NCBI GenBank assembly: GCA_033763575.1
Contig: JANRKF010000010.1
Span: 13,376 to 77,375, forward strand
Length of the DNA stretch: 64,000 nucleotides
Direction of reading: 5' to 3'
Source of the DNA: Alphaproteobacteria bacterium
GTDB lineage: Bacteria; Pseudomonadota; Alphaproteobacteria; Rickettsiales; SXRF01
Under the pieces are notes generated by a model. The model was not told the origin of the DNA and did no database searches. It worked only from the letters and a program-made list of their open reading frames with translations. Below, piece after piece: positions 38,460-48,318 of the stretch. Numbering within the stretch: position 1 is the first letter of the stretch; each line of letters starts with the position of its first letter. The position numbers were made by a program, and so were the translations under genes.

Positions 38460-39395
38460 CTACGGGCGACGCCGCGCATAGCACCATGCGCCGGGCAGGC
38501 TCGCGATAATCGACAGCAAACCGAACTGCACCGAGATGGTGAGCGCCGCCGCCGACGGCACGCCGGCAAGCGCCAGCAACCCGACCATGCTCACCTCGCG
38601 CACGCCCCAGCCGCCGACCGACACCGGCAACATCATCAGCAGCAGCACCGGCGGCACCAGGATCAGACAATCCATGAGCGTAAACGCCACGCCAATACTT
38701 GTACCGAGCAGGTAAACACCGAGGCAAAAACAGCCATGCGACGCTATTGCCTGCACCAGCATCACCGTCGCATCACCCGGCGAAAACATCACCCGGCGGA
38801 GGCTTTCCAGCAGCGCCCAGCTATGGCGGACCAGAGTGGTCGAGGGCAGCCGCACGAATAATTGCGGCAGTTTTGCGAGCAGCACCATGCCGATGATAAA
38901 TCCTGCAAAGCTCGCGCCCATCAGCAGCCACACCGGCAGCGCGGGCAGCCTTTCCCCCAGCCACGGCAAGGATGCCACCACCATCGCCACCACTCCGAAC
39001 ACCGCGAACAGCCGATCGATGATAACGCTGTGTATGCATAACGAAAGCGGCAGCTTTTCGCTTTTCAGCAGCATCGCCCGCACCACGTCGCCGCCGATGG
39101 TGCCGGGCAGGCAGCTATTAAAAAATATATTGATGAAATTGAGGTTGAACAGCGTGCCATACCCCATCGGTTTTTCAGGCGAGAGCAGGCCAAGTAATCG
39201 CTGCCAGCGGAACGTCGAAATCGCCATCTGCGCGATTATCAGCGCGATGACCGCAACCGGCACCAGCGGGTTCTGGCGGGCGAGCATATCGGCGACCTGC
39301 CGCACATCGATGGCATGCAGCGCATAGGCCAGCATGCCGCCGGATAATATCCATTTAATCAACGTGAAAACGATGCGGGAGGAGATGATTTGCAT
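38460..39395 (-). CDS. lysylphosphatidylglycerol-synthase TM-domain (UPF0104) flippase-like protein
   Basis: FRW..LL, FFNSCLPGTIGGDVVR, DRL, LPVSVGGWGVRE. Confidence 0.88.
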   Translation of the reverse strand: MQIISSRIVFTLIKWILSGGMLAYALHAIDVRQVADMLARQNPLVPVAVIALIIAQMAISTFRWQRLLGLLSPEKPMGYGTLFNLNFINIFFNSCLPGTIGGDVVRAMLLKSEKLPLSLCIHSVIIDRLFAVFGVVAMVVASLPWLGERLPALPVWLLMGASFAGFIIGMVLLAKLPQLFVRLPSTTLVRHSWALLESLRRVMFSPGDATVMLVQAIASHGCFCLGVYLLGTSIGVAFTLMDCLILVPPVLLLMMLPVSVGGWGVREVSMVGLLALAGVPSAAALTISVQFGLLSIIASLPGAWCYARRRP

Positions 39396-39486
39396 GCGGC
39401 ATCATCGCTGAAACCTATTTTTTTGTCCAGTTTTTTCACAGAGTTAATATAAAAGTGATGAAGTGCTGTATAATCTCTATTGACTT

Positions 39487-39506
39487 AATATAGTATATAC
39501 TATATT
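39487..39506. promoter_or_regulatory. 20-bp perfect palindrome upstream of the Rrf2 gene
   Basis: aatatagtatatactatatt. Confidence 0.6.
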
Positions 39507-39542
39507 TATTAAGTATAGTATCAATCAAGGGAGAGGCAACAC

Positions 39543-39959
39543 ATGCTATCCATGAAAGCAAAATATGCGATTAGGGCGCTGATGGTCATGGCAAAACAGG
39601 AAAATAAAATGCTCAGCAGCAAGACGATTGCGAAAGAGGCCGACGTGCCGCAAAAATTCCTCGATACGATTTTGCAGGAGCTGCGGCATGAGAAAATCGT
39701 CGATAGCAAGCGCGGCATTTTTGGCGGCTATTTTCTTATTAAACAAGCCGCCAAAATCATGGTGGGCGATGTAATCCGCATCATGGACGGGCCGCTTGCG
39801 CCCATCCGCTGCGCGAGTGTGACGGCCTACCAGAAGTGCGACGATTGCGTGGACGAGGCCACCTGCCAGATCCGCAAGGTGATGGTTGATGTGCGAAATT
39901 CGATTGCCGGGGTGCTCGATAAAAAATCCATCGGGGACATGGTCGAGAAGACGTTATAA
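39543..39959 (+). CDS. Rrf2-family transcriptional regulator (four-Cys type)
   Basis: KYAIRAL, S.RGIFGGYFL, RIMDGPLAPIRCASVTAYQKCDDC.DEATC. Confidence 0.92.
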   Translation: MLSMKAKYAIRALMVMAKQENKMLSSKTIAKEADVPQKFLDTILQELRHEKIVDSKRGIFGGYFLIKQAAKIMVGDVIRIMDGPLAPIRCASVTAYQKCDDCVDEATCQIRKVMVDVRNSIAGVLDKKSIGDMVEKTL

Positions 39960-39975
39960 CAACAGGGAGGATATT

Positions 39976-40128
39976 ATGAACGACATAATCTCTAATGATG
40001 TGGAAAAACATATACTTGATGCGATACAGGGGATTAAGTACGGCGCGGTGGAAGTGCTGATTCACGATTCGCGGGTCGTGCAAATCGAACGTAGCGAAAA
40101 AACGCGGTTTGACCAGAAAGGCAAGTGA
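39976..40128 (+). CDS. YezD/DUF2292-family small protein
   Basis: RBS ggagg; IQGIKYGAVEVLIHDSRVVQIERSEKTR; typical of sulfate clusters. Confidence 0.85.
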   Translation: MNDIISNDVEKHILDAIQGIKYGAVEVLIHDSRVVQIERSEKTRFDQKGK

Positions 40129-40231
40129 ACCTGTGTTTTTTACTTCATCGGGTCACTCTTTTATGATAGCATCCACGCAAGATGCGTATGCCAGACCTGT
40201 CCACGGGATGGCCGCGAACAGCGGTGTATTT

Positions 40232-40846
40232 ATGGACAGTCGGAATACTCAAGGCAACGACAATGCCGAGAAGCAAAAACAGGGATGGTTCGCCGCCTTC
40301 GAGCGTTGGCTCGAACGCCTGGAAGAAAAGCGTATCGGCGAATACATCGAAAAATATGCGCGGCAGGAAGACGGCTCGCTGGATGAAAAACTTGCCCGAC
40401 GCATTCGCTGGGAAGTGGGTCGTCGCGCCGAGACCGGAAAACAGCTGGATATTTATGAGCCGCTGCACTGGACGGGTGTTCGCGCTGTGCTGGGCGTGCT
40501 TGGAGCAGCGGGTGCAAAATTTGCAGAAGCGCGCTGGAACAACCAGCATGATAAAAAATATTTCCATTTTATCGAAGTCGGGCTCATTGCCGGCACGGCC
40601 ATATCCAGCGCGATTGACCTGCTGCGGCTTGTGCCGCGCTGGCTATACGGACTGGAAGGCGGCAAGAACACCGCATTAAAACTACATCGCCACTTTCAAT
40701 CTCCCCCCAACGACCAGCTGGTCTACGAGCCACCACCGAAACTTGCGGAGATAGAACCGCGCCCAGACGCCGCCAAAAACATTAAACCCATGTCACTATT
40801 GGAACGTGCTCAGCAGGACAAGGATAGTTCTTTCCTTTCACGCTAA
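40232..40846 (+). CDS. orphan two-TM hypothetical protein (start uncertain: 40208 or 40232)
   Basis: ORF 40109-40846 with two hydrophobic segments and tail SLLERAQQDKDSSFLSR. Confidence 0.68.
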   Translation: MDSRNTQGNDNAEKQKQGWFAAFERWLERLEEKRIGEYIEKYARQEDGSLDEKLARRIRWEVGRRAETGKQLDIYEPLHWTGVRAVLGVLGAAGAKFAEARWNNQHDKKYFHFIEVGLIAGTAISSAIDLLRLVPRWLYGLEGGKNTALKLHRHFQSPPNDQLVYEPPPKLAEIEPRPDAAKNIKPMSLLERAQQDKDSSFLSR

Positions 40847-40869
40847 CATTCAACCTTAAAGGAGTCCCC

Positions 40870-42216
40870 ATGAAAAAATCCCTATTAGCTCCGTCTGTGC
40901 TTGTCACAAGCTTGTTAATATCTCCGTTGTCGGCTCTGGCTGACGATCCTAATGTCAATGCCCGTATACAAAAACTGGAGCAGGAGCTGGCTTTGCTCAA
41001 GCGGCAGGTTGAAGTAAAAGATGAAAAAGATCAGGCGGCGGCAGAAAAAATTGCGGGCGTTGAATTGGGCAGGAAGGGGCTTAAAATTACCTCGCCGGAT
41101 AAAAACTATGAGCTTTCCCTGCGCGGCAATTTCCAGATTGATAATCGCCAGTTTCTGAAGGACAAAAACAGCACGGGTAAAAATGAATTTTTAGCCCGCA
41201 GATTGCGTCCGGTTCTCGAAGCCAGGGCGGGGGATGCGTCTTTCCGCCTGATGCCGGATTTTGCGGGTTCCAGCACCCGCGTGTTTGATGCCCATGCGGA
41301 TTATAAACTTTATGACGAGCTGCAATTCCGCATCGGTAAATTCAAAACGCCGGTGAGCCTGGAGCGGTTGCAATCTCCCGTGGATATGTTGTTCATTGAG
41401 CGTGGTCATCCGAGCAACTTGGCTCCCAGCCGTGATTTTGGGGTTATGGCCTATGGCAACCTGATTCCCGATCAACTTGAATATCAAATAGGCGTATTCA
41501 ACGGCAACCAAGATTTGGGCAATACCGATAGCGATGATGACGACAAAAAAGATTATGTGGCGCGTATTTTTGCGCATCCTTTCCGCAATGCGGATACCGT
41601 GGCGCTGCAAGGTCTTGGCGTTGGCGTGGCGGGCAGTGTGGGCGAGCGTGAGGGCGGCAACGGGAAATCCATCCTCGGCACTTACAAAACACCCGGCCAG
41701 CAGGATTTTTTCCGCTATCGCTCTGATACCTATGCCGATGGCACGCACTGGCGGCTTTATCCGCAGGCATATTGGTATTATGGCAATCTTGGGGTCCTTG
41801 CTGAGTATGCGATTTCCAACCAGAGCGTCACTCGCGGATCCAATCATGGTGAATTACAACACACCGCATGGCAGGTGGAAGGCTCCTATGCGCCCACGGG
41901 GGAGGATATCAACTTCAAGGGCGGCATTAAACCCGCGCAGGATTTTAACCTCAGCAAAGGCGGCATTGGCGCGTGGGAACTGGTGGCGCGGGCGGGCGGT
42001 ACGGATGTGGATAATGGCGCATTCACAAGCTTTGCCGACCGTGCCATTGCTGCAAGCAGCGCGCAAAGCTATGGCGGTGGCATAAACTGGTATTTGAATG
42101 AAAATTTCAAACTGGCTCTTAATTACGAATTCACGACGTTCACAGGCGGCAATGTGGCCGGAACGGATCGTGCGGATGAGCATTTTCTCGTCACCCGTTC
42201 ACAATTTAGATTTTAA
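40870..42216 (+). CDS. OprO/OprP-family anion-selective porin
   Basis: Signal peptide, coiled N-terminus, F..RR.RP, GKFK.PVSLERLQ, WELVAR, GINWYLN, terminal F. Confidence 0.87.
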   Translation: MKKSLLAPSVLVTSLLISPLSALADDPNVNARIQKLEQELALLKRQVEVKDEKDQAAAEKIAGVELGRKGLKITSPDKNYELSLRGNFQIDNRQFLKDKNSTGKNEFLARRLRPVLEARAGDASFRLMPDFAGSSTRVFDAHADYKLYDELQFRIGKFKTPVSLERLQSPVDMLFIERGHPSNLAPSRDFGVMAYGNLIPDQLEYQIGVFNGNQDLGNTDSDDDDKKDYVARIFAHPFRNADTVALQGLGVGVAGSVGEREGGNGKSILGTYKTPGQQDFFRYRSDTYADGTHWRLYPQAYWYYGNLGVLAEYAISNQSVTRGSNHGELQHTAWQVEGSYAPTGEDINFKGGIKPAQDFNLSKGGIGAWELVARAGGTDVDNGAFTSFADRAIAASSAQSYGGGINWYLNENFKLALNYEFTTFTGGNVAGTDRADEHFLVTRSQFRF

Positions 42217-42246
42217 TGCTATAACGATTACCCCAAAGGAGATTTT

Positions 42247-43317
42247 ATGAAATTATTTGATACCGTCATTGCGAGTGTAAGCGAAGCAATCCATCTAACT
42301 ACACCATCCAAAGCCGGATTGCCGCGGAGGCTTTGCCTCCTCGCAATGACAGGATTTTCTTTATTCGCCTTCTCTGCACAAGCGGAGCCACTCGAATTGC
42401 TCAACGTGTCCTATGACCCGACGCGGGAATTCTATCAGGAATATAACACGATGTTCGCCAAACACTGGAAAGAAAAATCCGGGCAAGATATTGTCGTGAA
42501 GCAATCGCATGGCGGCTCCGGCAAGCAGGCGCGTGGCGTGATCGACGGGCTGCAGGCAGATGTAGTCACCCTTGCTCTGGCCTACGACATCGACGCCATT
42601 GCGGAAAGGGCGAAGCTGCTGACGACGGATTGGCAAAGCAAATACCCGAACAACAGCGCGCCCTACACCTCCACCATTGTGTTCCTGGTGAAAAAGGGAA
42701 ATCCGAAGCAGATCAAGGATTGGGATGATTTAGTAAAACCCGGTGTGCAGGTGATTACCCCGAACCCGAAAACCTCCGGCGGCGCACGCTGGAACTACCT
42801 AGCAGCCTATGGCTATGCGCTGAAGAAAAACGGCAATGATGCGGCGAAGGCAGAGGAATTTGTGAAGGAGCTATTTGCCAACGTGCCGGTGCTCGATACC
42901 GGCGCGCGGGGTGCTACCACCACCTTCGTCCAGCGCGGCATCGGCGATGTGCTGCTCGCGTGGGAGAACGAGGCTTTCCTTGCCAAGCAGGAGCTGGGCA
43001 AGGATAAAATCGAGATTGTAGTTCCGTCGCTTTCTATTCTGGCCGAACCGCCAGTCGCCGTGGTGGACAAGGTGGCCGAGAAAAAAGGCACGCTCGCGGC
43101 CGCCCGCGAATATCTGCATTATCTCTACGGCAAAGAGGCGCAGGCATTGGCGGCGAAGCATTATTACCGCCCGTACGATACGGAAGTAGCAACAAAATAT
43201 GCGTCAAAATTCCCGAAGCTGGAACTGCTCACCATCAACGATTTCGGCGGCTGGAAAGAGGCACAGAAAAAACATTTCGACGATGGCGGCATCTTCGACA
43301 AGATCATGCGGAGGTAG
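42247..43317 (+). CDS. sbp: sulfate ABC transporter substrate-binding protein
   Basis: [43 protein letters not shown]. Confidence 0.95.
   Translation: MKLFDTVIASVSEAIHLTTPSKAGLPRRLCLLAMTGFSLFAFSAQAEPLELLNVSYDPTREFYQEYNTMFAKHWKEKSGQDIVVKQSHGGSGKQARGVIDGLQADVVTLALAYDIDAIAERAKLLTTDWQSKYPNNSAPYTSTIVFLVKKGNPKQIKDWDDLVKPGVQVITPNPKTSGGARWNYLAAYGYALKKNGNDAAKAEEFVKELFANVPVLDTGARGATTTFVQRGIGDVLLAWENEAFLAKQELGKDKIEIVVPSLSILAEPPVAVVDKVAEKKGTLAAAREYLHYLYGKEAQALAAKHYYRPYDTEVATKYASKFPKLELLTINDFGGWKEAQKKHFDDGGIFDKIMRR
42265..42350. repeat. 86-bp REP/RPE-like element inside the sbp signal-peptide coding region
   Basis: Perfect 11-bp termini gtcattgcgag / ctcgcaatgac; inner gcaatcc / ggattgc; hairpin ggaggctttgcctcc. 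Confidence 0.88.
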
Positions 43318-43319
43318 GT

Positions 43320-44870
43320 TGGTGGAGGCTAACGGACAAACTTCGAACTATTTAGACCGATTTCGGGAGTCGTTTGACGAGCTGGAACGCTGGTGGAACC
43401 AGACTTACAGCGATAGTGTGATGTTCGGAAGGAGGAGTTCTAGCAAGTCCAGTAGGGTTGCGGCCTAAGTGTATTGAAGCTGTAGTCGATTCTGCTAATG
43501 TTTCACTCTTATTGGAGATGGTCATGGCATTCGATGGATTAGATATATCTGAAATCACTGAGGCTCACATTACGGCGTTAATTGGAACGCTAGAGAGCCG
43601 TGACCTAGATTTTAAACAGCAAGAATATGGTCGTGCTGACCAAGATAAAAAAGAGTTTGCGGCAGATGTGTCTGCCTTTGCTAATACCATTGGCGGCCAT
43701 TTGCTGATTGGCGTGGCGGAGGAGAATGGCGCTGCTTCAACTACTCCGGGCATCACTGGTGATATAGATACTGAAATTCAGCGGCTAGAAAGCATTGCAC
43801 TTACGGGTATCCAGCCCAGAATTATAGGTTTGCAAATGCGTGCCGTACCAATGGCGGCTGGCAATTCAGTATTGGTAATTCGTATTCCGAAAAGTTGGAA
43901 TTCTCCACACCGAGTAACCCTACAAGGGGTGAATCGTTTTTATTTACGTGCAGGTTCAAGAAGATATGAGCCTGACGTGGATGAGTTGCGCCAATTATTT
44001 GAAGGCGGGAGGACACTATCGCAGCGAATTAGAGATTTTCACAATGAAAGAATTGCGAAGATTGTTGGACACGATACGCCTGTGCCTACCGACAATTCCT
44101 CTGCGCTTGTAATGCATGTCATTCCCTACGCTGCCTTTCTTGGAGGCACTATGCTTGACACGCCAACCTTATCAGGCGCGGCAAACCGCTTTTATCCAAT
44201 GGCTGCAACTGGAATGAACCGACGTGTCAATCTAGAAGGAATAGTTACTTATACTGGAACAGCCGCTCCCCATCCTGCTTACACTCAGGTCTGGAGAAAT
44301 GGGTGTATAGAAGCTGTGCGCGGCTTACTGGTGGTCGAAGGTAGAACTAACGGTGTTAAGGCTGTAGTTCTCAATGAGCTAACGAGAAAATTACTCGGCG
44401 GCATTGACCAATACCTTAAAGGCTTGGCTCATTTAGGCTTTCAGCCGCCTTTTGCAGTACTTGTTACACTTATTGGAGCAAAAGGAGCTATTCTTCACGT
44501 GGGCAATACTTACTTCGATGAACAAGAGCAGTTTGATCGGGATATACTAACACCCAGCGAAATTATTATAGACAAAATTCCTACCACCGATGCTGAAATG
44601 CAGGACATACTAGATCCTATACTGCACCAAATTGCTAATGCAGCAGGGTATGACGCAGCACCTGGAATTTAATACCCAACCGGACTTCTTAGAACTTTTG
44701 TTCGAACTGCCAAAAAGCACCAGCAGCTCTAACGTTGCGCGATTTTAGTGTTGTTACACTCTTCACGCTGACGGAATAATTTAGAACTATCGGAATGTGG
44801 CGCTGAGGCGCAGATTTTCTGGAGTTTTTTGGGGTCTAAAAGAAGTGGTGGAGCATAACGGAGTCGAACC
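43320..44870. mobile_element. integrase-less mini-island at the tRNA-Ala 3' end
   Basis: tggtggag..taacgga....tcgaac at 43320-43348 is a degenerate copy of the tRNA 3' end at 44846-44870; interior is visibly AT-richer. Confidence 0.65.
43524..44672 (+). CDS. Schlafen/AlbA_2-domain protein
   Basis: ESRDLDFK, DVSAFANTIGGHLLIGV, IPKS...PH, FYLRAGS; unrecognised C-terminal domain. Confidence 0.85.
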   Translation: MAFDGLDISEITEAHITALIGTLESRDLDFKQQEYGRADQDKKEFAADVSAFANTIGGHLLIGVAEENGAASTTPGITGDIDTEIQRLESIALTGIQPRIIGLQMRAVPMAAGNSVLVIRIPKSWNSPHRVTLQGVNRFYLRAGSRRYEPDVDELRQLFEGGRTLSQRIRDFHNERIAKIVGHDTPVPTDNSSALVMHVIPYAAFLGGTMLDTPTLSGAANRFYPMAATGMNRRVNLEGIVTYTGTAAPHPAYTQVWRNGCIEAVRGLLVVEGRTNGVKAVVLNELTRKLLGGIDQYLKGLAHLGFQPPFAVLVTLIGAKGAILHVGNTYFDEQEQFDRDILTPSEIIIDKIPTTDAEMQDILDPILHQIANAAGYDAAPGI

Positions 44871-44921
44871 GTTGACCTCTTCCATGCCATGGAAGCGCTC
44901 TACCAGCTGAGCTAATGCCCC
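44846..44921 (-). tRNA. tRNA-Ala(GGC)
   Basis: 76-nt cloverleaf, anticodon stem cttcc/ggaag with loop atGGCat, encoded CCA. Confidence 0.97.
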
Positions 44922-44949
44922 GAAATATCGGCGATCTTTTCTTCCGCGA

Positions 44950-45026
44950 TGGCGCACCCGGAGCGATTCGAACGCCCGGCCTTCTGATTCGTAGTCAGAT
45001 GCTCTATCCAGCTGAGCTACGGGTGC
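44950..45026 (-). tRNA. tRNA-Arg(ACG)
   Basis: 77-nt cloverleaf, acceptor GCACCCG/CGGGTGC, loop ctACGaa, encoded CCA. Confidence 0.97.
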
Positions 45027-45166
45027 ACAGAACGCGAAAGGAAGGGGAACCTAGCAAATTTTTTTGATAAAACAAGGATAAAATAGTCCGGATTCTGTTA
45101 TAGGCCATTGACGATTCATTTACGATGTCCTAGGGTCGCTGCCATTCATTTACCGGAGGAACTTTC

Positions 45167-45796
45167 ATGATCCACACTCGTTTTTCGCGTATTCTCAGCA
45201 CCACCGCATTTCTGGCTGCGCTCGTCACACTCTCGGCCTGCAGCACCATGGAAAGCGCTTATAACGACACGTACGACAATGTCAGCAGCGTCTTCGATGG
45301 CGATGGCGACGATCTGGACGCCGCCCCCAAAGTGAGCGTGAAATCGCCTGCGGCAGCGCCTGTGCAGGATGTGAACGCCAACGAGATCAACAATGACGGC
45401 GAACAGCCCGTTGAGCTCGGCTCGATGAGCGACAAGGCGGTGCCGACGGCGGCGATTGCCCCTGCGCCCGCCCCCGCTCCTGCGGCCAGCGATTCGGTCG
45501 CCCTGCTCACCCTTCGCTTCAACCAGCCGCACGTTCATTATGAGGATGCGCTGTCCCAGGCGGTGAATGCGGCGGAGCAAGTAAAACAGGGTGTGCAATA
45601 TGAGGTGCTCTCCACGGTGCCGGACCTTTCCTCGCTGCCGCCGGAGCAGCAGGAGAAGCTCGCCGCCCGCGCCAAGGACAATCTCCGCAATGTGGTGATG
45701 AAAATGCAGCAGCAAGGCGTGGCGCCGGACCGCATCCGCATCGCCGAGCAGACGCTGCGCATCCGCAGCCAGGAAATCCGAGTGTTTGTTCGCTAA
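45167..45796 (+). CDS. putative lipoprotein
   Basis: Lipobox LSAC; Ala/Pro linker; C-terminal alpha/beta domain (IRFNQ...YE). Confidence 0.8.
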   Translation: MIHTRFSRILSTTAFLAALVTLSACSTMESAYNDTYDNVSSVFDGDGDDLDAAPKVSVKSPAAAPVQDVNANEINNDGEQPVELGSMSDKAVPTAAIAPAPAPAPAASDSVALLTLRFNQPHVHYEDALSQAVNAAEQVKQGVQYEVLSTVPDLSSLPPEQQEKLAARAKDNLRNVVMKMQQQGVAPDRIRIAEQTLRIRSQEIRVFVR

Positions 45797-45817
45797 GAGC
45801 CTCTTCCCGCGCTCATT

Positions 45818-45832
45818 TTAGCTTATTTTTAA
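45818..45832 (+). promoter_or_regulatory. CtrA-like box
   Basis: TTAG-cttattt-TTAA, 11 nt above TAGGCT. Confidence 0.45.
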
Positions 45833-45855
45833 GGCTTGTTTGCTAGGCTTTGTCC

Positions 45856-46392
45856 ATGGATTCAGGACAGGCAGCCACCGAAGAACTCTCGACCTTTGAA
45901 CAGGCAAAAGTCGATGCCGTTTCAACTTTCCCTGCGCTCGACAAGCAATTTTATGGCAACGCCCACAATTTTGAATGGCCGGATGGATTGCAAAATATCC
46001 CGGAAAGATTCCAGACGTTGCTACAAAATTTAGAGGAATATGTTGCCCAATTAAAGGCAGGCTATGGTGACGACCCCATGCAATCCGCTGCGCTTAAGGC
46101 CACCGCCAAAGGCCGCACCAGGGAAGTTATTGAATTGGAACGCAGGCGAGATGAAGCGCGAAATGAATACGCCTATTTATACAAAATTGAAACCGGGCTA
46201 TTCAGGAAGCTTTTTACCGATGCCGACCACGCAAAACTATTGTTCTTGAGGGCAGGAAAGGAGGGACGGGATCCTGCATCAGATGCAGCTTGCGGTGTTC
46301 TAGGCGACAACGTGATCAAATGCCTCATCAAGGGTTGTCTGGAAAAACACGGGATAACGCCCCCCACTAACGGCCAGTGCGCAGGCATGTAG
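45856..46392 (+). CDS. orphan hypothetical protein
   Basis: AT-richer ORF filling the gap before the glmS end. Confidence 0.7.
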   Translation: MDSGQAATEELSTFEQAKVDAVSTFPALDKQFYGNAHNFEWPDGLQNIPERFQTLLQNLEEYVAQLKAGYGDDPMQSAALKATAKGRTREVIELERRRDEARNEYAYLYKIETGLFRKLFTDADHAKLLFLRAGKEGRDPASDAACGVLGDNVIKCLIKGCLEKHGITPPTNGQCAGM

Positions 46393-46397
46393 CGGCG

Positions 46398-48218
46398 CTA
46401 CTCGACAGTGACCGACTTGGCGAGGTTGCGCGGCTGGTCGACATCGGTGCCTTTCAGCACGGCGGTGTGATAGGCGAGCAGCTGAATCGGAATCGTATAG
46501 AGCAGCGGCGAAATGAACGGGTCGGATTCCGGCAGCGCGATGCTGGCCGAGACGATACCGCCCGCTTTGGCCACGCCCTTTTCATCGCTCAGTAAAATAA
46601 TTTTTCCACCGCGGGCCGCCGCTTCCTGCAGGTTGGAAATGGTTTTGTCGAACAGCCGGTCGGAGGGCGCGATCACCACCACCGGCACCTGCTCGTCGAT
46701 CAGCGCGATCGGCCCGTGTTTCAGCTCGCCCGCCGCATAGGCCTCGGCGTGGATATAGGAAATTTCTTTCATCTTCAGCGCGCCTTCCATGGCCACCGCG
46801 AAGCTCGTTCCACGGCCGATGTAGAGCATATCACGCGCATGCTGGATATTGTGGGCGAGCGCTTCGATATGCCCGTCGAGCGAGAGGATATGGGTGATGA
46901 GCGCGGGCGCTTCCAGCAGCGCGTGACACAGCTTTTCGCGGCGTTCGGCATCGATGGTGCCGCGTGCCTCGGCCAGCGCGATGGTAAGGCTTGCCAGCAC
47001 CGCAAGCTGCGTGGTGAAGGCTTTGGTCGAGGCGACGCCGATTTCCGGCCCGGCATAGGTGTAAAACACGCCACCGGCTTCACGTGCGATGCTCGATTGC
47101 GGCACATTCACAATGGCCAGCACCGGCGATACCGGCTTCACATGCCGCAGCACCGCGAGCGTATCGGCGGTTTCGCCCGATTGCGAAATGAGGATGGTGA
47201 GCGTGTTCTTATCAAGGATAGGAGCGCGGTAGCGATATTCCGAGGCGATATCGACTTCGGTGGGGATGCGCGCAATTTCCTCCAGCCAGTATTTGGCGAT
47301 TTGCGCGGCGTAAGACGAAGTTCCGCACGCCACCAGCTGTACCCGCGCAATATTTTCCAGCGAAAAATCCAGCGGCGGCAGGCTGGTTTTCATGGTGAGC
47401 GGGTCGCAATACATTTTCACTGTCTCCGCCACCACCGCCGGCTGCTCGAAGATTTCCTTCTGCATGTAATGATTGAAATGCCCGCGCTCGGCGGCTGCCA
47501 GCCCATGCACGGGCGCGGCGATCTCGCGGGTGACGACGGCATCTTTCATATCGCGGATAATAATTTTTTCCGCTGTGATCTCGGCCCAGTCACCGTCTTC
47601 GAGATAGCTCACGCGGTCACTGAGCGAGGACAGCGCCACCGCGTCGGAGCCGACATAATGTTCGCCGTCGCCATAACCCACGGCCAGCGGCGGCCCGAAG
47701 CGGGCGGCGAATAAGGTGTCGGGCAGGTCGGTAAAAATAATGGCGAGCGCATAAGCGCCATGCAGACGTGCAAGCGCCGCCGCCACCGACTCACGCGGGG
47801 TTTTCCCCTGCGCCAGCAGGTCGGTAATCAGCACCGGCACCACCTCCGTATCGGTCTGGCTCTGGAAATGGTAGCCTTTGCTTTGCAGCTCGTGACGCAG
47901 TTCGCTGAAATTCTCGATGATGCCGTTATGCACGACGGCGACTTTGTCGGTGGCGTGCGGGTGGGCGTTGTCGGTGTTCGGCACGCCATGCGTCGCCCAG
48001 CGCGTGTGGCCGATGCCGATATGGCCGGCAAGCGGCGTTTTATCCAGCACGGCGGCGAGTTTGGCGAGTTTTCCTTCGGCCCTCACCCGTGCTATTTTGC
48101 CATCGACAATGGTCGCGATGCCTGCCGAGTCATAGCCGCGATATTCGAGATGTTTCAGCCCTTCCAGGATGGAAGGCGCCACGTCACGCCGCGCTGCGAT
48201 TGCGATAATACCACACAT
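46398..48218 (-). CDS. glmS: glutamine-fructose-6-phosphate transaminase
   Basis: MCGI, EYRGYDSAG, GHTRWATHG, SQSGETADT, DQPRNLAKSVTVE. Confidence 0.98.
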   Translation of the reverse strand: MCGIIAIAARRDVAPSILEGLKHLEYRGYDSAGIATIVDGKIARVRAEGKLAKLAAVLDKTPLAGHIGIGHTRWATHGVPNTDNAHPHATDKVAVVHNGIIENFSELRHELQSKGYHFQSQTDTEVVPVLITDLLAQGKTPRESVAAALARLHGAYALAIIFTDLPDTLFAARFGPPLAVGYGDGEHYVGSDAVALSSLSDRVSYLEDGDWAEITAEKIIIRDMKDAVVTREIAAPVHGLAAAERGHFNHYMQKEIFEQPAVVAETVKMYCDPLTMKTSLPPLDFSLENIARVQLVACGTSSYAAQIAKYWLEEIARIPTEVDIASEYRYRAPILDKNTLTILISQSGETADTLAVLRHVKPVSPVLAIVNVPQSSIAREAGGVFYTYAGPEIGVASTKAFTTQLAVLASLTIALAEARGTIDAERREKLCHALLEAPALITHILSLDGHIEALAHNIQHARDMLYIGRGTSFAVAMEGALKMKEISYIHAEAYAAGELKHGPIALIDEQVPVVVIAPSDRLFDKTISNLQEAAARGGKIILLSDEKGVAKAGGIVSASIALPESDPFISPLLYTIPIQLLAYHTAVLKGTDVDQPRNLAKSVTVE

Positions 48219-48318
48219 AGGCGCACAAGCTATAATCCGGCCCGCAACTTTGCAATAGTAATAGTATTCATAAAGAATTGAGGTTTTTTAGCTACGCTGG
48301 GTGAAAATGGAGTAAAAC

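Noticed and set aside
43199-43468. 89-aa ORF spanning the sbp end as a real gene
   Set aside because: Out-of-frame overlap with sbp; only its distal half resembles an att/recombinase-tail remnant.
48265-48282. Possible Pho-like box before the deamidase-like gene
   Set aside because: Only one half-site (TATTCAT) matches and the -10 is poor.
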